DNA of 63,159 bases from Nitrososphaerota archaeon (GCA_028867615.1 JAGWGC010000001.1:3188-66346), one strand, 5' to 3'. Positions 52,201-60,795 are shown, numbered from the stretch's first letter. The notes: generated by a model from the letters alone, not told the origin. Program-made: numbers and translations.

Positions 52201-53391
52201 GGTTATGTTACTGCCAAAGTGGATGTGACAAAATGCAAACAAACCGTTAGCTTTACACCAATTCCGATAATTGGCGCAAACAGTCCTGATGCTCCAAAGA
52301 TATTCGATGTAAAATTACAAATAGGTAATGGTACATGGGTACCTGCAACAGAAACAACTGATGAATACATTACAAACCAAAACGTGACCATTTCCGGTCT
52401 AGTTTACAGTCCTGTTCCTCTTAGCCATGCCGAGATAAGGACAGTGAAAATAGATGGCAATACAACAATCGGTTATGATAAAGTTAGTGCAACCGTTACT
52501 CCGACTACTGTATCTCACACATATCTTGTAAATGCAACACTACCGCAAGACTATCTTGTACCGCCTGCAACAACTTATTGGATATACGCAAACAATGCAG
52601 GAGGATTTGAGAGTGAATCTGATCAATATTCTATCGGGGTATCTCCAGCATATGCTGTGAATGGAACAATTGGATTTGTGATACCTCAAAATGTGCCAGC
52701 AGGTTTGACACAAAGCCCACAGGTGTACTTTACTAATAATTCCACTGGTACGCTGTATGGAACAATATCGTTATCTGTTGATGGCAAGCAAGTATCACAA
52801 TTTGTTGACCATGTATTTGACAGGGGAACGTCTGTAATGGAACTTGACTGGAATGTCGCAAGGACAAATGATACTACTACACATTCTGTTCAAGCAATTG
52901 CTACATTTTATGGTCATACAATTGTATCAGACAATGCTACAGTCAACGCATACGTGACCAAAAAAATAATGTCACTTGAAAACATGGTGCCACTGGAATC
53001 ACTTGTTGATACACAAGGAAACGTTGTTGCTACTCCGGGGTCTCTATATTCGTCGTTTGTATCACATGATGGAGTCACATTCCATGTTGTCTCACCTGAC
53101 GGAACATGTGTAGTTGGGGAATCAACGGCATGTCTTGTTAGTGAATCTACTATAAACACGAGTGGGAGGTACTCTAGCATCACGCTTGATGGGACAAACT
53201 ATGTAGTGTATTATTCGGGTGGAAATAGCACGCTGGAGAGATTCCTGATTACCTCGTTGCAGCCTATTACTGGGAACTGGAAAGTTTCACTGGAAAAGAA
53301 TGGTATAGAACAAAAAGATCTAGAAACCGCTGTACATCTGAACATCAAGTATGTCCCTATAAATAAACAACTCTTGGTCTCATTGCCATGA
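46294..53391 (+). CDS. Giant secreted surface protein: 3 LamG/concanavalin-like domains, MG2-like domain, Ser/Thr repeats
   Basis: Three SAWIKP...WTHLAATF...YVNG...F.G.IDE LamG units; NTDKSIYRPGET; alternative start at 46267. Confidence 0.88.
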   Translation: MRKKCILHYLLISILSVSVSYVSSGWDLQTAQAQDENLGTSSGVIQELLTWNFNNLNPDQITFSNPIRVMDGPTGHSLKFDGKNDYVRIASSKVGYVQDLTVSAWIKPNYNLTSEQFTIISKPESFSLYLKSDGQSHYAEFSVYDGTKWHTIESKTQIGTHWTRLLGIFDGRSIGIYVNGTIDSVDLVTTPTLDDLFPISYGNISTADVLIGSSENGLSENNFFAGQIDDVQVTPSDGYVVGSALENQPAFTYDNNTSTIRSNVTIPTNATNLSPALSSSNATIPRIPSNVTIPTNATNLSPALSISNATIPGIPLNATITSNTTIPEIPSNMPQPVRYFGFNLNSILPTDMTQNATITANGILGTALQLTGGYVSTSIPETDHLENLSLSVWIHPDYGTGGKTITIVNKANSFLLQIQNIAADQGTASFSIFDGITWHTVESKAMIPIGWTHLAATFNGTGISLYVNGILDSSQLVSTLGVSESGQLQSGLVHLNSDSNVLIGSQLGNQGADNQFNGLIDELAIFDVYLDSTQINSIFESTVKSTGFTPLTVLPPLIPENITITQIPIPSTKLNFSSTSQNKSNTFGDVSISTGVNGSALELSGSGYMSENLTSTNQISQFTISAWVKPDYQKGSAEYTILSKEKSFLLTIHNNLTPRKIALFSIFDGTTWHTVESKSKIPEIWTHLAATFNGTDISIYVNGLKESTLPVSSIGISIGGQLETKTIQNIESSADVLIGAQQISRDATTTVQGLFGGKIDEVQIYKSALSPSEIYVEYLKNAAAARGQIPSTVSNATVPMVPSNMTTLSNATLSNATTSIISSNTTAQSGITLPIAMSVKKLKTSYLMTESPEFVFEFISSDVLKKHGKSTSESFGEQQTGRWSDKNGTISVDVTDLSGKSIPVNVNFVKLRDGKFDIKLGSERAGKAGMYTMKITLAEGGKTYTTESTYAWGLVSLNTDKSIYRPGETANLVIVVLDNDGHSVCNSNIVMNIHDPTSGVTTLSTGNGITANPSCGLYDAQYVVPEVGNYTIDMTAQNPSGVANFTTSFLSADNFDFDVIRTSDSKIDPTSNPNSFDVAIDVSSFVNVNNVIIQESVPSSFKVSTDATVQTMGDVQILTWSKSLIGNKTSVSYTYSVPPVYPQLYALGPVQITSGSNTYFKEARPWFVAVDPSVNRLYLRAFTSPDAPTLGTHSAILPVGTFKGNSGTGFEDLSMSSVMGTATTSVTKTLTSIAQTAHQDNYIARFTSSSLAAQTIPAGTWTFALQTSEANNNANSFIVGSLYVWRPSTSSVVGYVYDSDTALGTEWGATTTGRVVTVTGSSVTTQDGDVLVFEMWRHAAQAANTGYVQTLYFDGTTDVTNGGTASAASYIQSGSPMVFGTLAASSVTSSDAVHVAVTRNTSLSDSVSVTDAVSVHAVKTVSLSDSASAADAVSTAASRAQSQSENTQVSDTVTTAVNMTKSTSDLITLSDTMTTSSGKSQSQSENTQVSDTVTTAVNMTKSTSDLITLSDTMTTSSGKSQSQSENTQVSDTVTTAVNMTKSTSDLITLSDTMTTSSGKSQSQSENTQVSDTVTTAVNMTKSTSDLITLSDIVAAQKSTSISINDTTELSDGLSAAASKQISNLDELTVTDTASLLKISPDQYLVPNNQTTVIVTPSKPHLIVTSSNAALSSIMIPTTVTSPTLSYATIVSSGTVHLLHSLNITKDTNGDNKTEVVVTIPAVTDISNSAWDGILQLPTLQSSSSLVLPTPQGQVATANTVIGMGSSLPLTFNNATRILFVGEAGSHVGYFYTPTSVTEIISTCTSDDQSVANGLAAGESCKINVGTSLVVWTKHFTGFVTWTLKPAPITPSAPQLPTASGGGYGTGVITPMETGAETAAGMLSTGVTLYDVTYDVCDKQQVQFTVGSPDSTTPTVEFATPSGVVEAKISSHQPYAGLYDLTKQYVLSYDAKLKPGTKSFNMLITPGNGTGYVTAKVDVTKCKQTVSFTPIPIIGANSPDAPKIFDVKLQIGNGTWVPATETTDEYITNQNVTISGLVYSPVPLSHAEIRTVKIDGNTTIGYDKVSATVTPTTVSHTYLVNATLPQDYLVPPATTYWIYANNAGGFESESDQYSIGVSPAYAVNGTIGFVIPQNVPAGLTQSPQVYFTNNSTGTLYGTISLSVDGKQVSQFVDHVFDRGTSVMELDWNVARTNDTTTHSVQAIATFYGHTIVSDNATVNAYVTKKIMSLENMVPLESLVDTQGNVVATPGSLYSSFVSHDGVTFHVVSPDGTCVVGESTACLVSESTINTSGRYSSITLDGTNYVVYYSGGNSTLERFLITSLQPITGNWKVSLEKNGIEQKDLETAVHLNIKYVPINKQLLVSLP
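47077..47229 (+). repeat. 81-bp tandem duplication encoding an N-glycosylation-rich linker
   Basis: SNVTIPTNATNLSPALS.SNATIP occurs twice. Confidence 0.85.
50614..51067 (+). repeat. 120-bp tandem repeat, about 3.8 near-identical copies
   Basis: Lines starting at 50641, 50761, 50881 and 51001 are identical; one substitution seen at 50742. Confidence 0.95.
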
Positions 53392-53446
53392 GAAGTGTAT
53401 TTTTCTATTCTGTTGTAATATGACTGAAAAATGCACAGTTCAACTC

Positions 53447-54313
53447 TCAGGTCTCTAAAAGTTTTCTAATTGTTTTTAATTCCTGCATTCGCCTTACATC
53501 CATTTTTGGATAGGACATTTTGAGTTTTTTTAGCGTATCAAGAACAATCTGGGAAATAATCAGGTGAGTGTTCTCTTTGTCATCTGCTGGAATGATATAC
53601 CATGGCGCATTAGGTATGCTTGTGGCAGTTAGACAATCTTCGTAAGCCTTCATGTATTGCTTCCAGAATTTTCTTTCCGTCATGTCAGCAATGCTGAATT
53701 TCCAGTTCTTTTTTGGGTCGTCAATACGTTTGAGAAAACGTTTTCGTTGTTCTTCCTTTGAAATGTGAAGGAAAAATTTGAGGACTCGAGTTCCATTTCG
53801 GTATAAGTGATTTTCCAGATCTACGATTGAACGATATCTATCATACCAAATAGTTTTTCTGTTGGATTCATCCGCAACTCTTTCACTATCCAGTATATCT
53901 GGGTGTACGCGAACAATCAGTACTTCCTCATAATGAGAGCGATTGAAGATGCCTATTTTTCCCCGTTCGGGTAGGCAACGAATTTCACGCCATAGAAAAT
54001 CATGTTCAAGCTCATTTGCACTAGGGTGCTTAAAACTAAATACTTGACAGCCTTGTGGGTTTATGCCTGACATGACATGTTTGATGGAGCCATCCTTTCC
54101 TGCAGCGTCCATGGATTGGAAGATCAACAATATGGAATATCGGTTATGTGCATAGAGTAGATTTTGCAATGAGCTTAATTCATGGATGTGTTCACTGAGT
54201 ATCTGTTTGTACTGATCTTTTGATTTGTAAACCGGCTTTACCACTGTGGGCCATTTGTTGAGTTTGACTTTTTCTCCAGGCCTCACACGAAAGTCTTTGG
54301 AATTTATCTGCAT
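53447..54313 (-). CDS. ppk2: Polyphosphate kinase 2 family (class III-like) protein
   Basis: [29 protein letters not shown] and KNWKFS motifs. Confidence 0.93.
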   Translation of the reverse strand: MQINSKDFRVRPGEKVKLNKWPTVVKPVYKSKDQYKQILSEHIHELSSLQNLLYAHNRYSILLIFQSMDAAGKDGSIKHVMSGINPQGCQVFSFKHPSANELEHDFLWREIRCLPERGKIGIFNRSHYEEVLIVRVHPDILDSERVADESNRKTIWYDRYRSIVDLENHLYRNGTRVLKFFLHISKEEQRKRFLKRIDDPKKNWKFSIADMTERKFWKQYMKAYEDCLTATSIPNAPWYIIPADDKENTHLIISQIVLDTLKKLKMSYPKMDVRRMQELKTIRKLLET

Positions 54314-54653
54314 CTAGCCATCTATGTACTGAGAACTTCTTATCCTTGCTGTTTTACATTGACATGATGGTTGCATACTAGGAGTATGGAAAGAATCCCA
54401 GGGAAATTCAAAGAACGAAGCCATCGCTTCACACATTGTTTGGCTTGATTTCTGAGACGATTACATTGTTTCTAGGTTTGTAATTTGCTACTGGATCTTT
54501 GGTAGAGAACATGCCTGCTTCATTTTTGCTTGAAACCATGCCATTTGTCTTTATCTACATATTTTACAGATTACGAAAATAAAAGCCAGTAAGTGATTAT
54601 CTGTTCACGGACTGAAATCTATGTTACATATGTGATCTATCTACAATCCTTTG

Positions 54654-54671
54654 ATTATCGCAAACAATAGT
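54654..54671. promoter_or_regulatory. Degenerate palindromic motif copy (ATTATCG-caaa-CAATAGT) upstream of CBS-HPF gene
   Basis: Extends to TGATTATCG/CAATAGTCA; TTTTTATA starts at 54683. Confidence 0.5.
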
Positions 54672-54729
54672 CATCTGGTTTCTTTTTATAACCCTGATTA
54701 TTATTGAGAAAGAAGGAAAAAAGAACAAA

Positions 54730-55902
54730 ATGGTTTCACCTCAAATTATCTATGCACATTTGAAAGCAGTCAGGGATCTTAAGATAGACAAGATGCTAAA
54801 GAAAGCAACTACCATCGATGTTTCCTACACTGTATCTAAAACGGTTGGGGCCCTGGTGAATTCAAATTCTTATGATGCATTTTGTATGGATGGTAAAGAT
54901 GTACTTACTGTGAGTGCAAGAGAACTTTTGGGAACAAAAGATATCGAAAATATGAAAATAAAGCCAATTTTACGAAAAATTCAGGTCCTGACTAGGGATG
55001 ATACGATAGAAAAAGCGGCTGCAATTTTGTCTCATTATAGAATGCGTTCAGTTCCAGTTGTTGAAGGCAATGAGATAGTAGGAGTAGTTGACGTGAAAGA
55101 CATTGTTGAACTATTACATAAACAGGATTTAAAATGGATACCTGCAAACAACATTCTCACAGCAGACCCAATTATAGTAAAAAACAGTGATTCGCTTGCA
55201 ACTGCAAGAAAAATAATGATTACCAAAAAAATAGATCATCTTCCAATCATCAAAGCCAACAAGGTTTCGCATGTCTTAACCTCGATGCATCTGTTGCAGG
55301 TGATGAAACCTACTGAAAGGCTAGGAAGCATGTTGCGGGGACTAGACTTACACAAGGAATACCAGTCCGAGATTGGAAATATGGGTAGTGCACGCATTCC
55401 AAATCTTGACACTCATGAATCTCTTAGTACTGTAATAGAGTCAATGTTAAAAAATGATGCATCGTGCTGCTTACTCACTTTGTGGGATCACGTACATGGA
55501 ATAATTACCTACAAAGACATTGTCAATATACTTGAATCAAAAATCCCCAGCGATGTTCCACTTTTCATTGTTGGTCTCCCAGAAGATTACAGCAGTGCCT
55601 CGATTGTAAAGACAAAATTCGATAAAATAATTAGAAATCTAATCAAAGTATTTCCTGATGTAGAACAGGCAAAGGCATCAATCAAGACGATACATAATCA
55701 AGTCAGTAATAGGCCACATTACGAAGTTACAGTCAGGATATTCAGTCCCTACAGAACCTTCAACTATACTGAAATGGGATGGGATCTCTCAAAAGTTTTC
55801 GATATTCTTGGCACCAAAGTAGCCAGAAATCTGGCCCAGCATGGTAAGAAGAAACGTTTGAAGACATCAATTAGAAAAATAGACAAAAAAGACATTTTCT
55901 AA
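54730..55902 (+). CDS. 4xCBS plus C-terminal HPF/RaiA-like domain; putative ribosome hibernation factor
   Basis: CBS repeats followed by ~100 aa ending YEVTVRI...GWDLSKVFDILGTKVARNL. Confidence 0.78.
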   Translation: MVSPQIIYAHLKAVRDLKIDKMLKKATTIDVSYTVSKTVGALVNSNSYDAFCMDGKDVLTVSARELLGTKDIENMKIKPILRKIQVLTRDDTIEKAAAILSHYRMRSVPVVEGNEIVGVVDVKDIVELLHKQDLKWIPANNILTADPIIVKNSDSLATARKIMITKKIDHLPIIKANKVSHVLTSMHLLQVMKPTERLGSMLRGLDLHKEYQSEIGNMGSARIPNLDTHESLSTVIESMLKNDASCCLLTLWDHVHGIITYKDIVNILESKIPSDVPLFIVGLPEDYSSASIVKTKFDKIIRNLIKVFPDVEQAKASIKTIHNQVSNRPHYEVTVRIFSPYRTFNYTEMGWDLSKVFDILGTKVARNLAQHGKKKRLKTSIRKIDKKDIF

Positions 55903-55999
55903 GCAACCACATAATATCTGCATTTTTCTCACATCTTGTGCCTTGAGGGTGATTGGGATATTGAAATTGATAAAAACTCACCTGTATGTTATTACTTTT

Positions 56000-56869
56000 T
56001 CATGTAAAATGCGGATCCTGTTTTTGCATTATTGCATGAATTTTTACTTCATGATATGCACGAATAATATCGGTCGCACTAATCACTCCCTCTAGGTTTC
56101 CTCTGTGATCTACCACTGGAACACCACTTATCTTATACTGGACCATTAATTTGGCTGCTTTGGCAAGATCCTCTTCAGATTCGATTGTGAGAAGCTCATC
56201 ACCAATCAAGTCGCCAACTTGTAATTCTTTGGCAGAAGTTCTCAGTGGCAGATATTCCAGTGTGGTTTCAGTTCTTGTTCCAAACTTGAAATACTCGCTA
56301 TTTTTCAAAAATGTATCATAACTGATTACTCCAACTGGCTTGCCATCGTTATCCGTTACAACAAGCCTTGAGATCTTATTTTTATTCAATGCATTAAGTG
56401 CAAATGGTAGAGAATCAGATTTGCGACATGTTATCATCTTGGTATTCATGTAATTTTTGACTTTGTAGATGCCTCTGAATAATGCCGAGAAATTTTTTAC
56501 AAGATCAGATTTTGTAACAATCCCTATGAGTTTTCCATCCTCATCTACAACGACAATGGAGCTTATCTGAAATGCGTCCATTCGTATTGCACATTGTACT
56601 AAAAGTTCCTCTTGGTCATTCATGATTGTTATGATGTGCCTACTCATTATCTCGCTGAGGGATATTTTATCCAAAGTTCTTGTTGTTCTATCATTTTCTA
56701 AAAACTTGCCAATATCACGCTCAGTTACTATGCCGATGGGAATGTTGGCGTCATTTATAACGACAATTCGTTTTATATCGTTTTTTTTCATGAGTGATAA
56801 TGTTTCATAAATATTATTCTCAGAACTTAATGTTATGACAGGAGTGGTATAAGTGACAGATTTCGTCAT
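56000..56869 (-). CDS. CBS domain protein (4 CBS)
   Basis: GIVTERDI, GIVTKSDL, GVISYDTF and GVISATDI; ATG at 56869 preferred. Confidence 0.92.
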   Translation of the reverse strand: MTKSVTYTTPVITLSSENNIYETLSLMKKNDIKRIVVINDANIPIGIVTERDIGKFLENDRTTRTLDKISLSEIMSRHIITIMNDQEELLVQCAIRMDAFQISSIVVVDEDGKLIGIVTKSDLVKNFSALFRGIYKVKNYMNTKMITCRKSDSLPFALNALNKNKISRLVVTDNDGKPVGVISYDTFLKNSEYFKFGTRTETTLEYLPLRTSAKELQVGDLIGDELLTIESEEDLAKAAKLMVQYKISGVPVVDHRGNLEGVISATDIIRAYHEVKIHAIMQKQDPHFT

Positions 56870-56910
56870 TATGTGTTTAACCTCACACACGAATTTAAGA
56901 CACCGGTATG

Positions 56911-56928
56911 ATTCTCAGTTATGATTGT
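56911..56928. promoter_or_regulatory. Palindromic motif copy (ATTCTCA-gtta-TGATTGT)
   Basis: Minus-strand TTAAATTC about 12 nt away. Confidence 0.5.
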
Positions 56929-56953
56929 AAGAAAAATTTTGAAGATTCCCAAT

Positions 56954-57286
56954 TTATACAAAATTGGGAATAATCTCTACATCAAGCATGCCATTATTGA
57001 AACAAGTCATAATGGACTTGATCTTGGATTTGTACAAAAAGTACTTTTTCCCATCTTCATTAATTGAGCCTGATATGCCAAGAAGTTTGAGGCCATGTAA
57101 TCTCTGTACTCTCCTGTATGCAGTACTGATTGGTACGCCACACTCCTTGCTGAGATCAATAACTGATTTTGGCATTTCAATTGTTGATTCTAGTATTAGG
57201 CGAGAATACTTGTCTGCCATGACTTCTAGCAGAACATCTTTTGTTGTTTGTTCTTGGACAGGTTTGCCCTGGATTAATACTTGCAT
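56954..57286 (-). CDS. Winged helix-turn-helix (ArsR-like) transcriptional regulator
   Basis: ADKYSRLIL...PKSVIDLSKECGVPISTAYRRV..L...LL...GKKYFLY. Confidence 0.88.
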   Translation of the reverse strand: MQVLIQGKPVQEQTTKDVLLEVMADKYSRLILESTIEMPKSVIDLSKECGVPISTAYRRVQRLHGLKLLGISGSINEDGKKYFLYKSKIKSIMTCFNNGMLDVEIIPNFV

Positions 57287-57407
57287 GACGACTTGATCTC
57301 TTTTTATGATATAACAAGTAGGACCGCATTGCCGTGCAATGCAGACTTTCTGTGCAGAATCAGCCAGATTGCCTATAAAAAATCCTATTGTAAAGATGAT
57401 TATTTTC

Positions 57408-57854
57408 TCAATGCACTATGGTTACAGGGCATTGTGCGTGCTCTGAGACATGTCTTGCAGTGCTTCCAAGGCGTTTTACCACTGATATGCCTGTGAGTCT
57501 TCTACTTCCCATGATTATCATGTCAGCCTTTAGTTTTTTTGCCTCTTTTAGGATTGCATTTGAAACATCATCGTGTACAATTTTGTATGCAGTCCTGGTA
57601 CCTTCCTCTCTGCATTTCTCCACAACTTTTCCCAACTCTTTTTCCCCCTGTTGCTTGAGGGTTTTGACTATTTCCTGGTAATTTGTTACGGCTGCTCCTG
57701 AAAACACAGAGTCGTTTATTGGATAATACACAGGGATGACCATGAGGAGTGTCAGATCTGCTGTAAAGTTTCTTGCAATGTCTTTTGCCAATGCAAGAGC
57801 TTTCTTTGACAAGGGCGAACCATCATATGGAATTAGGATATTTTTTAATGACAT
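57408..57854 (-). CDS. Universal stress protein
   Basis: ILIPYDGS; MGSR...LGSTA...CPVTIVH; ATG at 57854 preferred. Confidence 0.93.
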   Translation of the reverse strand: MSLKNILIPYDGSPLSKKALALAKDIARNFTADLTLLMVIPVYYPINDSVFSGAAVTNYQEIVKTLKQQGEKELGKVVEKCREEGTRTAYKIVHDDVSNAILKEAKKLKADMIIMGSRRLTGISVVKRLGSTARHVSEHAQCPVTIVH

Positions 57855-57897
57855 TTGCAAGTTATAAAATACCTCACCGATATTAACGAATTGGTGC

Positions 57898-57938
57898 ATT
57901 ATCAAATATGATTTTATCTTGTTATCAACAGTGATAAT
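57898..57938. promoter_or_regulatory. Two tandem palindromic motif copies between divergent USP and CBS genes
   Basis: ATTATCA-aata-TGATTTT (57898-57915) and GTTATCA-acag-TGATAAT (57921-57938), each about 12 nt from a TATA-like box. Confidence 0.7.
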
Positions 57939-57978
57939 TTTACCAGTAGTTTTATATCAAATTGAGCAATTTCACTCC

Positions 57979-58428
57979 ATGCTGACTGCGCGAGCAATCA
58001 TGTCAAAAAAAATAATCACTATGGAGTCAACTACATCTCCAACAGATATCGCAAAGGTAATGCACAAAAACAATGTAAGCTGTGTCATTGTGACTCAAAA
58101 TGAGAAACCATATGGAATAATAACTGAGAGAAGCTTTTTATCGAAAATTTCAGCACAAAATAAAAAACCATCTGACGTGAAATCGACCGAAATGATGTCT
58201 TCTCCTGTTATCACTATTTCTGCATCTGCATCTGTTGATGATGTTGCACAGGCAATGTTGGAAGGAAAAATTAGACACGTACTGGTGGTAAATGACAACC
58301 AGCCATTGGGAATAATATCTATAACTGATTTTCTAAAACATTTTGGTGCAATAACTGCTGATTCAGATAGTTACAAAAAAGATCTATACGAAAATTTGTT
58401 TGAAGAATACGAATACTGGGATAGATAA
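57979..58428 (+). CDS. CBS domain protein (2 CBS)
   Basis: GIITERS, MMSSPVITI and GIISITD motifs. Confidence 0.92.
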   Translation: MLTARAIMSKKIITMESTTSPTDIAKVMHKNNVSCVIVTQNEKPYGIITERSFLSKISAQNKKPSDVKSTEMMSSPVITISASASVDDVAQAMLEGKIRHVLVVNDNQPLGIISITDFLKHFGAITADSDSYKKDLYENLFEEYEYWDR

Positions 58429-58635
58429 TAATTTTTTTAATAAAAAACAAGCGTTTCCATAGTGAATGGTATGAAGATGGTGTTGTTTTATTAGTTGATC
58501 ATGCGCGAATATCATAATACTACCACCAACGTAATAATGCTATCTGAAGTCTATTGCTAATAAAATAATACGAAAGCGAACTTCGACACTGGTAATCATG
58601 AGATCGTTTTTAAGCAATTGTGTGATGTATAGAAT

Positions 58636-59154
58636 ATGGTAAAAATCAGTAACGAGAAACGCCTTCCTGTAACAGCACAGAATCCGTGGCTTGAACCTCT
58701 TTTCACGCAGTGGAATGAGCTACCGTGGTTTAAAACCGGGTTTATGGAGATGGATTCAACATGGGACAAACTTTCAGAAAATTTTGAACACATGTATGAG
58801 ATGTTTCCAAATTACATGCGACAGTTTCCAAAAGACATAAGCTGCGACCTTGTAGACCGTGGAGACATGTATGTTCTCACTGCAGACTTGCCGGGAATAC
58901 AAGATGAGGATGTAAAGGTAAATGTAACTGGCAGACATGTGGAAATTTCAGCAGAGCACAAAGATGTAAGCGAGGAAAAATCAAAAAATTATGTCAAAAA
59001 TGAAAGATCTTTCCTACGGTATAGGAGAATTTTGACTGTTCCAGAAAGGATCGCTGAATCCGATATAACAGCAAAAATGAATAACGGAACTTTGACAGTA
59101 GAGTTACCCAAGAAATCAAGCATCAAGAAAGAAACTAAAGTGCAATCAAAGTAA
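58636..59154 (+). CDS. Small heat-shock protein Hsp20
   Basis: DLVD...ADLPG...ER...AKMNNGTLTVELPK. Confidence 0.95.
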   Translation: MVKISNEKRLPVTAQNPWLEPLFTQWNELPWFKTGFMEMDSTWDKLSENFEHMYEMFPNYMRQFPKDISCDLVDRGDMYVLTADLPGIQDEDVKVNVTGRHVEISAEHKDVSEEKSKNYVKNERSFLRYRRILTVPERIAESDITAKMNNGTLTVELPKKSSIKKETKVQSK

Positions 59155-59408
59155 CTTTACTATTTTTTATTTCCAAGCATCATGGTTTGATGCTATATAA
59201 TGTATTTCACCCGGTATCTGTCAAAAGGTGATTGAATGCAATTTGCTTGTAGTTCCTAGTTTTTTATTCGTAATGGAATGTAAAACTGTAATATTTGCTC
59301 CCTCTAATAATAGATCACATCTCTGTGTACCTGATTTGACATAATCCTGATGAGGTACACGGCAAATAAACAACATATTTTTATTGAATCATCCTTGTTA
59401 AAGAGGGA

Positions 59409-59987
59409 ATGACTGTTAAAAGACAGCCGCATCCTGCAAAACATGAACAGACAAGGAGCATAAGTTATCGACTCCCAGAGTATATTGTAAACGAATTGGA
59501 GACAGAGGCAATGCAAAAGGAAGTTTCACAAAATGTTCTGGTAAAACAAATATTGGAAAAATATGTTCGGTGGGATAGATTTGCAGATAAGATAGGCATA
59601 ATCCCAGTGCCAAAGGAAATTCTCAAGATACTTGGAGATGAAATGAAGGGTGATGAAATAAACAAGATAATTGACATCATGATTCCGATGATAAAAGACT
59701 GGGTCATGTTCATGAAAGGAAATTATGACTTGAAGCGGGCAATAGAAGCACTTGAAGATTATATGCGTGCCTCTGGCATGACATCAGATCATAGAATAGA
59801 AGGAGGCATACATCATTTCATAATACAACACAATCTTGGGATTAAGTGGTCACTTTTCACTGAACAACTATTAAAGCAAATATTTCACCAGTTTTTACCA
59901 GGACTTGCAATGCAATGCAAAACGACTCCTAATACTACTATTGCAAGTATAGCTCTTGGTTCGGACTTTAACGAACACGTATACTAG
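59409..59987 (+). CDS. Putative regulator with N-terminal ribbon-helix-helix
   Basis: RSISYRLPEYIVNELETEA...VSQNVLVKQILEKY. Confidence 0.65.
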   Translation: MTVKRQPHPAKHEQTRSISYRLPEYIVNELETEAMQKEVSQNVLVKQILEKYVRWDRFADKIGIIPVPKEILKILGDEMKGDEINKIIDIMIPMIKDWVMFMKGNYDLKRAIEALEDYMRASGMTSDHRIEGGIHHFIIQHNLGIKWSLFTEQLLKQIFHQFLPGLAMQCKTTPNTTIASIALGSDFNEHVY

Positions 59988-60002
59988 ATTGCATCAGTGT
60001 AT

Positions 60003-60758
60003 CTATGATACTGTTACTACTCCGATTCGCCATGGGTGTATAGAACAGAAATAATGGTACACACCAGGCTTGTCAAACTTGTGAGTAAACGTATCACCTG
60101 TCTTTAGAATGGGGCTGTTAAACATTGGGATGATAGTTCCCTGACTGTTTATGCTTTGAACTGTGTGATCAATATTATCTTGGTTTTTCCATGTTACAGT
60201 TGTGCCCTGTAAAACTTCCAAGTTAAGCGGTATGAAGAAACCAGTGCTAGCCTGTACTGAATTGCCATTTGGTATGGTCACATTGGCAGTTAGATATGAT
60301 GTTACATTGTCAATTGGATGGCTCTTGCTACTTACTAGATATTCTAAAATGTAGTTTTGATCACTGTTTTTCAATTCTGCACTTATCTTCCACAAGGATC
60401 CTGCCGCTGATGCAAGTAGCCTATCGCCATCTAAAATCATGTCGTATGTGGTATTATCTCCTGAAATTACAGGTCCAGATGCATGAAATGAGCCGTCAGT
60501 ACCATATGCAAACTTCCATTGGCTTGCTGTCATCCTTTCAACTACTGTAGTCTGGTCCGTGCTTATTGTTACAAGACCCCTGTCAATTGTAGTGTGATTT
60601 GAAAGTAGGATCCTAACACTTGACTCGTACATTTGCGGTGAGCCAGAGTTTAGTAATGCAATTCCAGACCCTTTCATTATAGTTGAGGACGAATCTGCAT
60701 ATGCCGTACCAAACAATACCGTAGAAACCAAAATTAAAAGTAAAATGAAATGTTTCAC
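60003..60758 (-). CDS. Secreted protein with C-terminal cupredoxin domain
   Basis: GTTVTWKN.D...HTV...YFCSIHPW; GTG start at 60758 gives a clean signal peptide (ORF track start 60773). Confidence 0.87.
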   Translation of the reverse strand: MKHFILLLILVSTVLFGTAYADSSSTIMKGSGIALLNSGSPQMYESSVRILLSNHTTIDRGLVTISTDQTTVVERMTASQWKFAYGTDGSFHASGPVISGDNTTYDMILDGDRLLASAAGSLWKISAELKNSDQNYILEYLVSSKSHPIDNVTSYLTANVTIPNGNSVQASTGFFIPLNLEVLQGTTVTWKNQDNIDHTVQSINSQGTIIPMFNSPILKTGDTFTHKFDKPGVYHYFCSIHPWRIGVVTVS

Positions 60759-60795
60759 TATGGACGAATACATCCAATTTTATTTTAATTCAATT

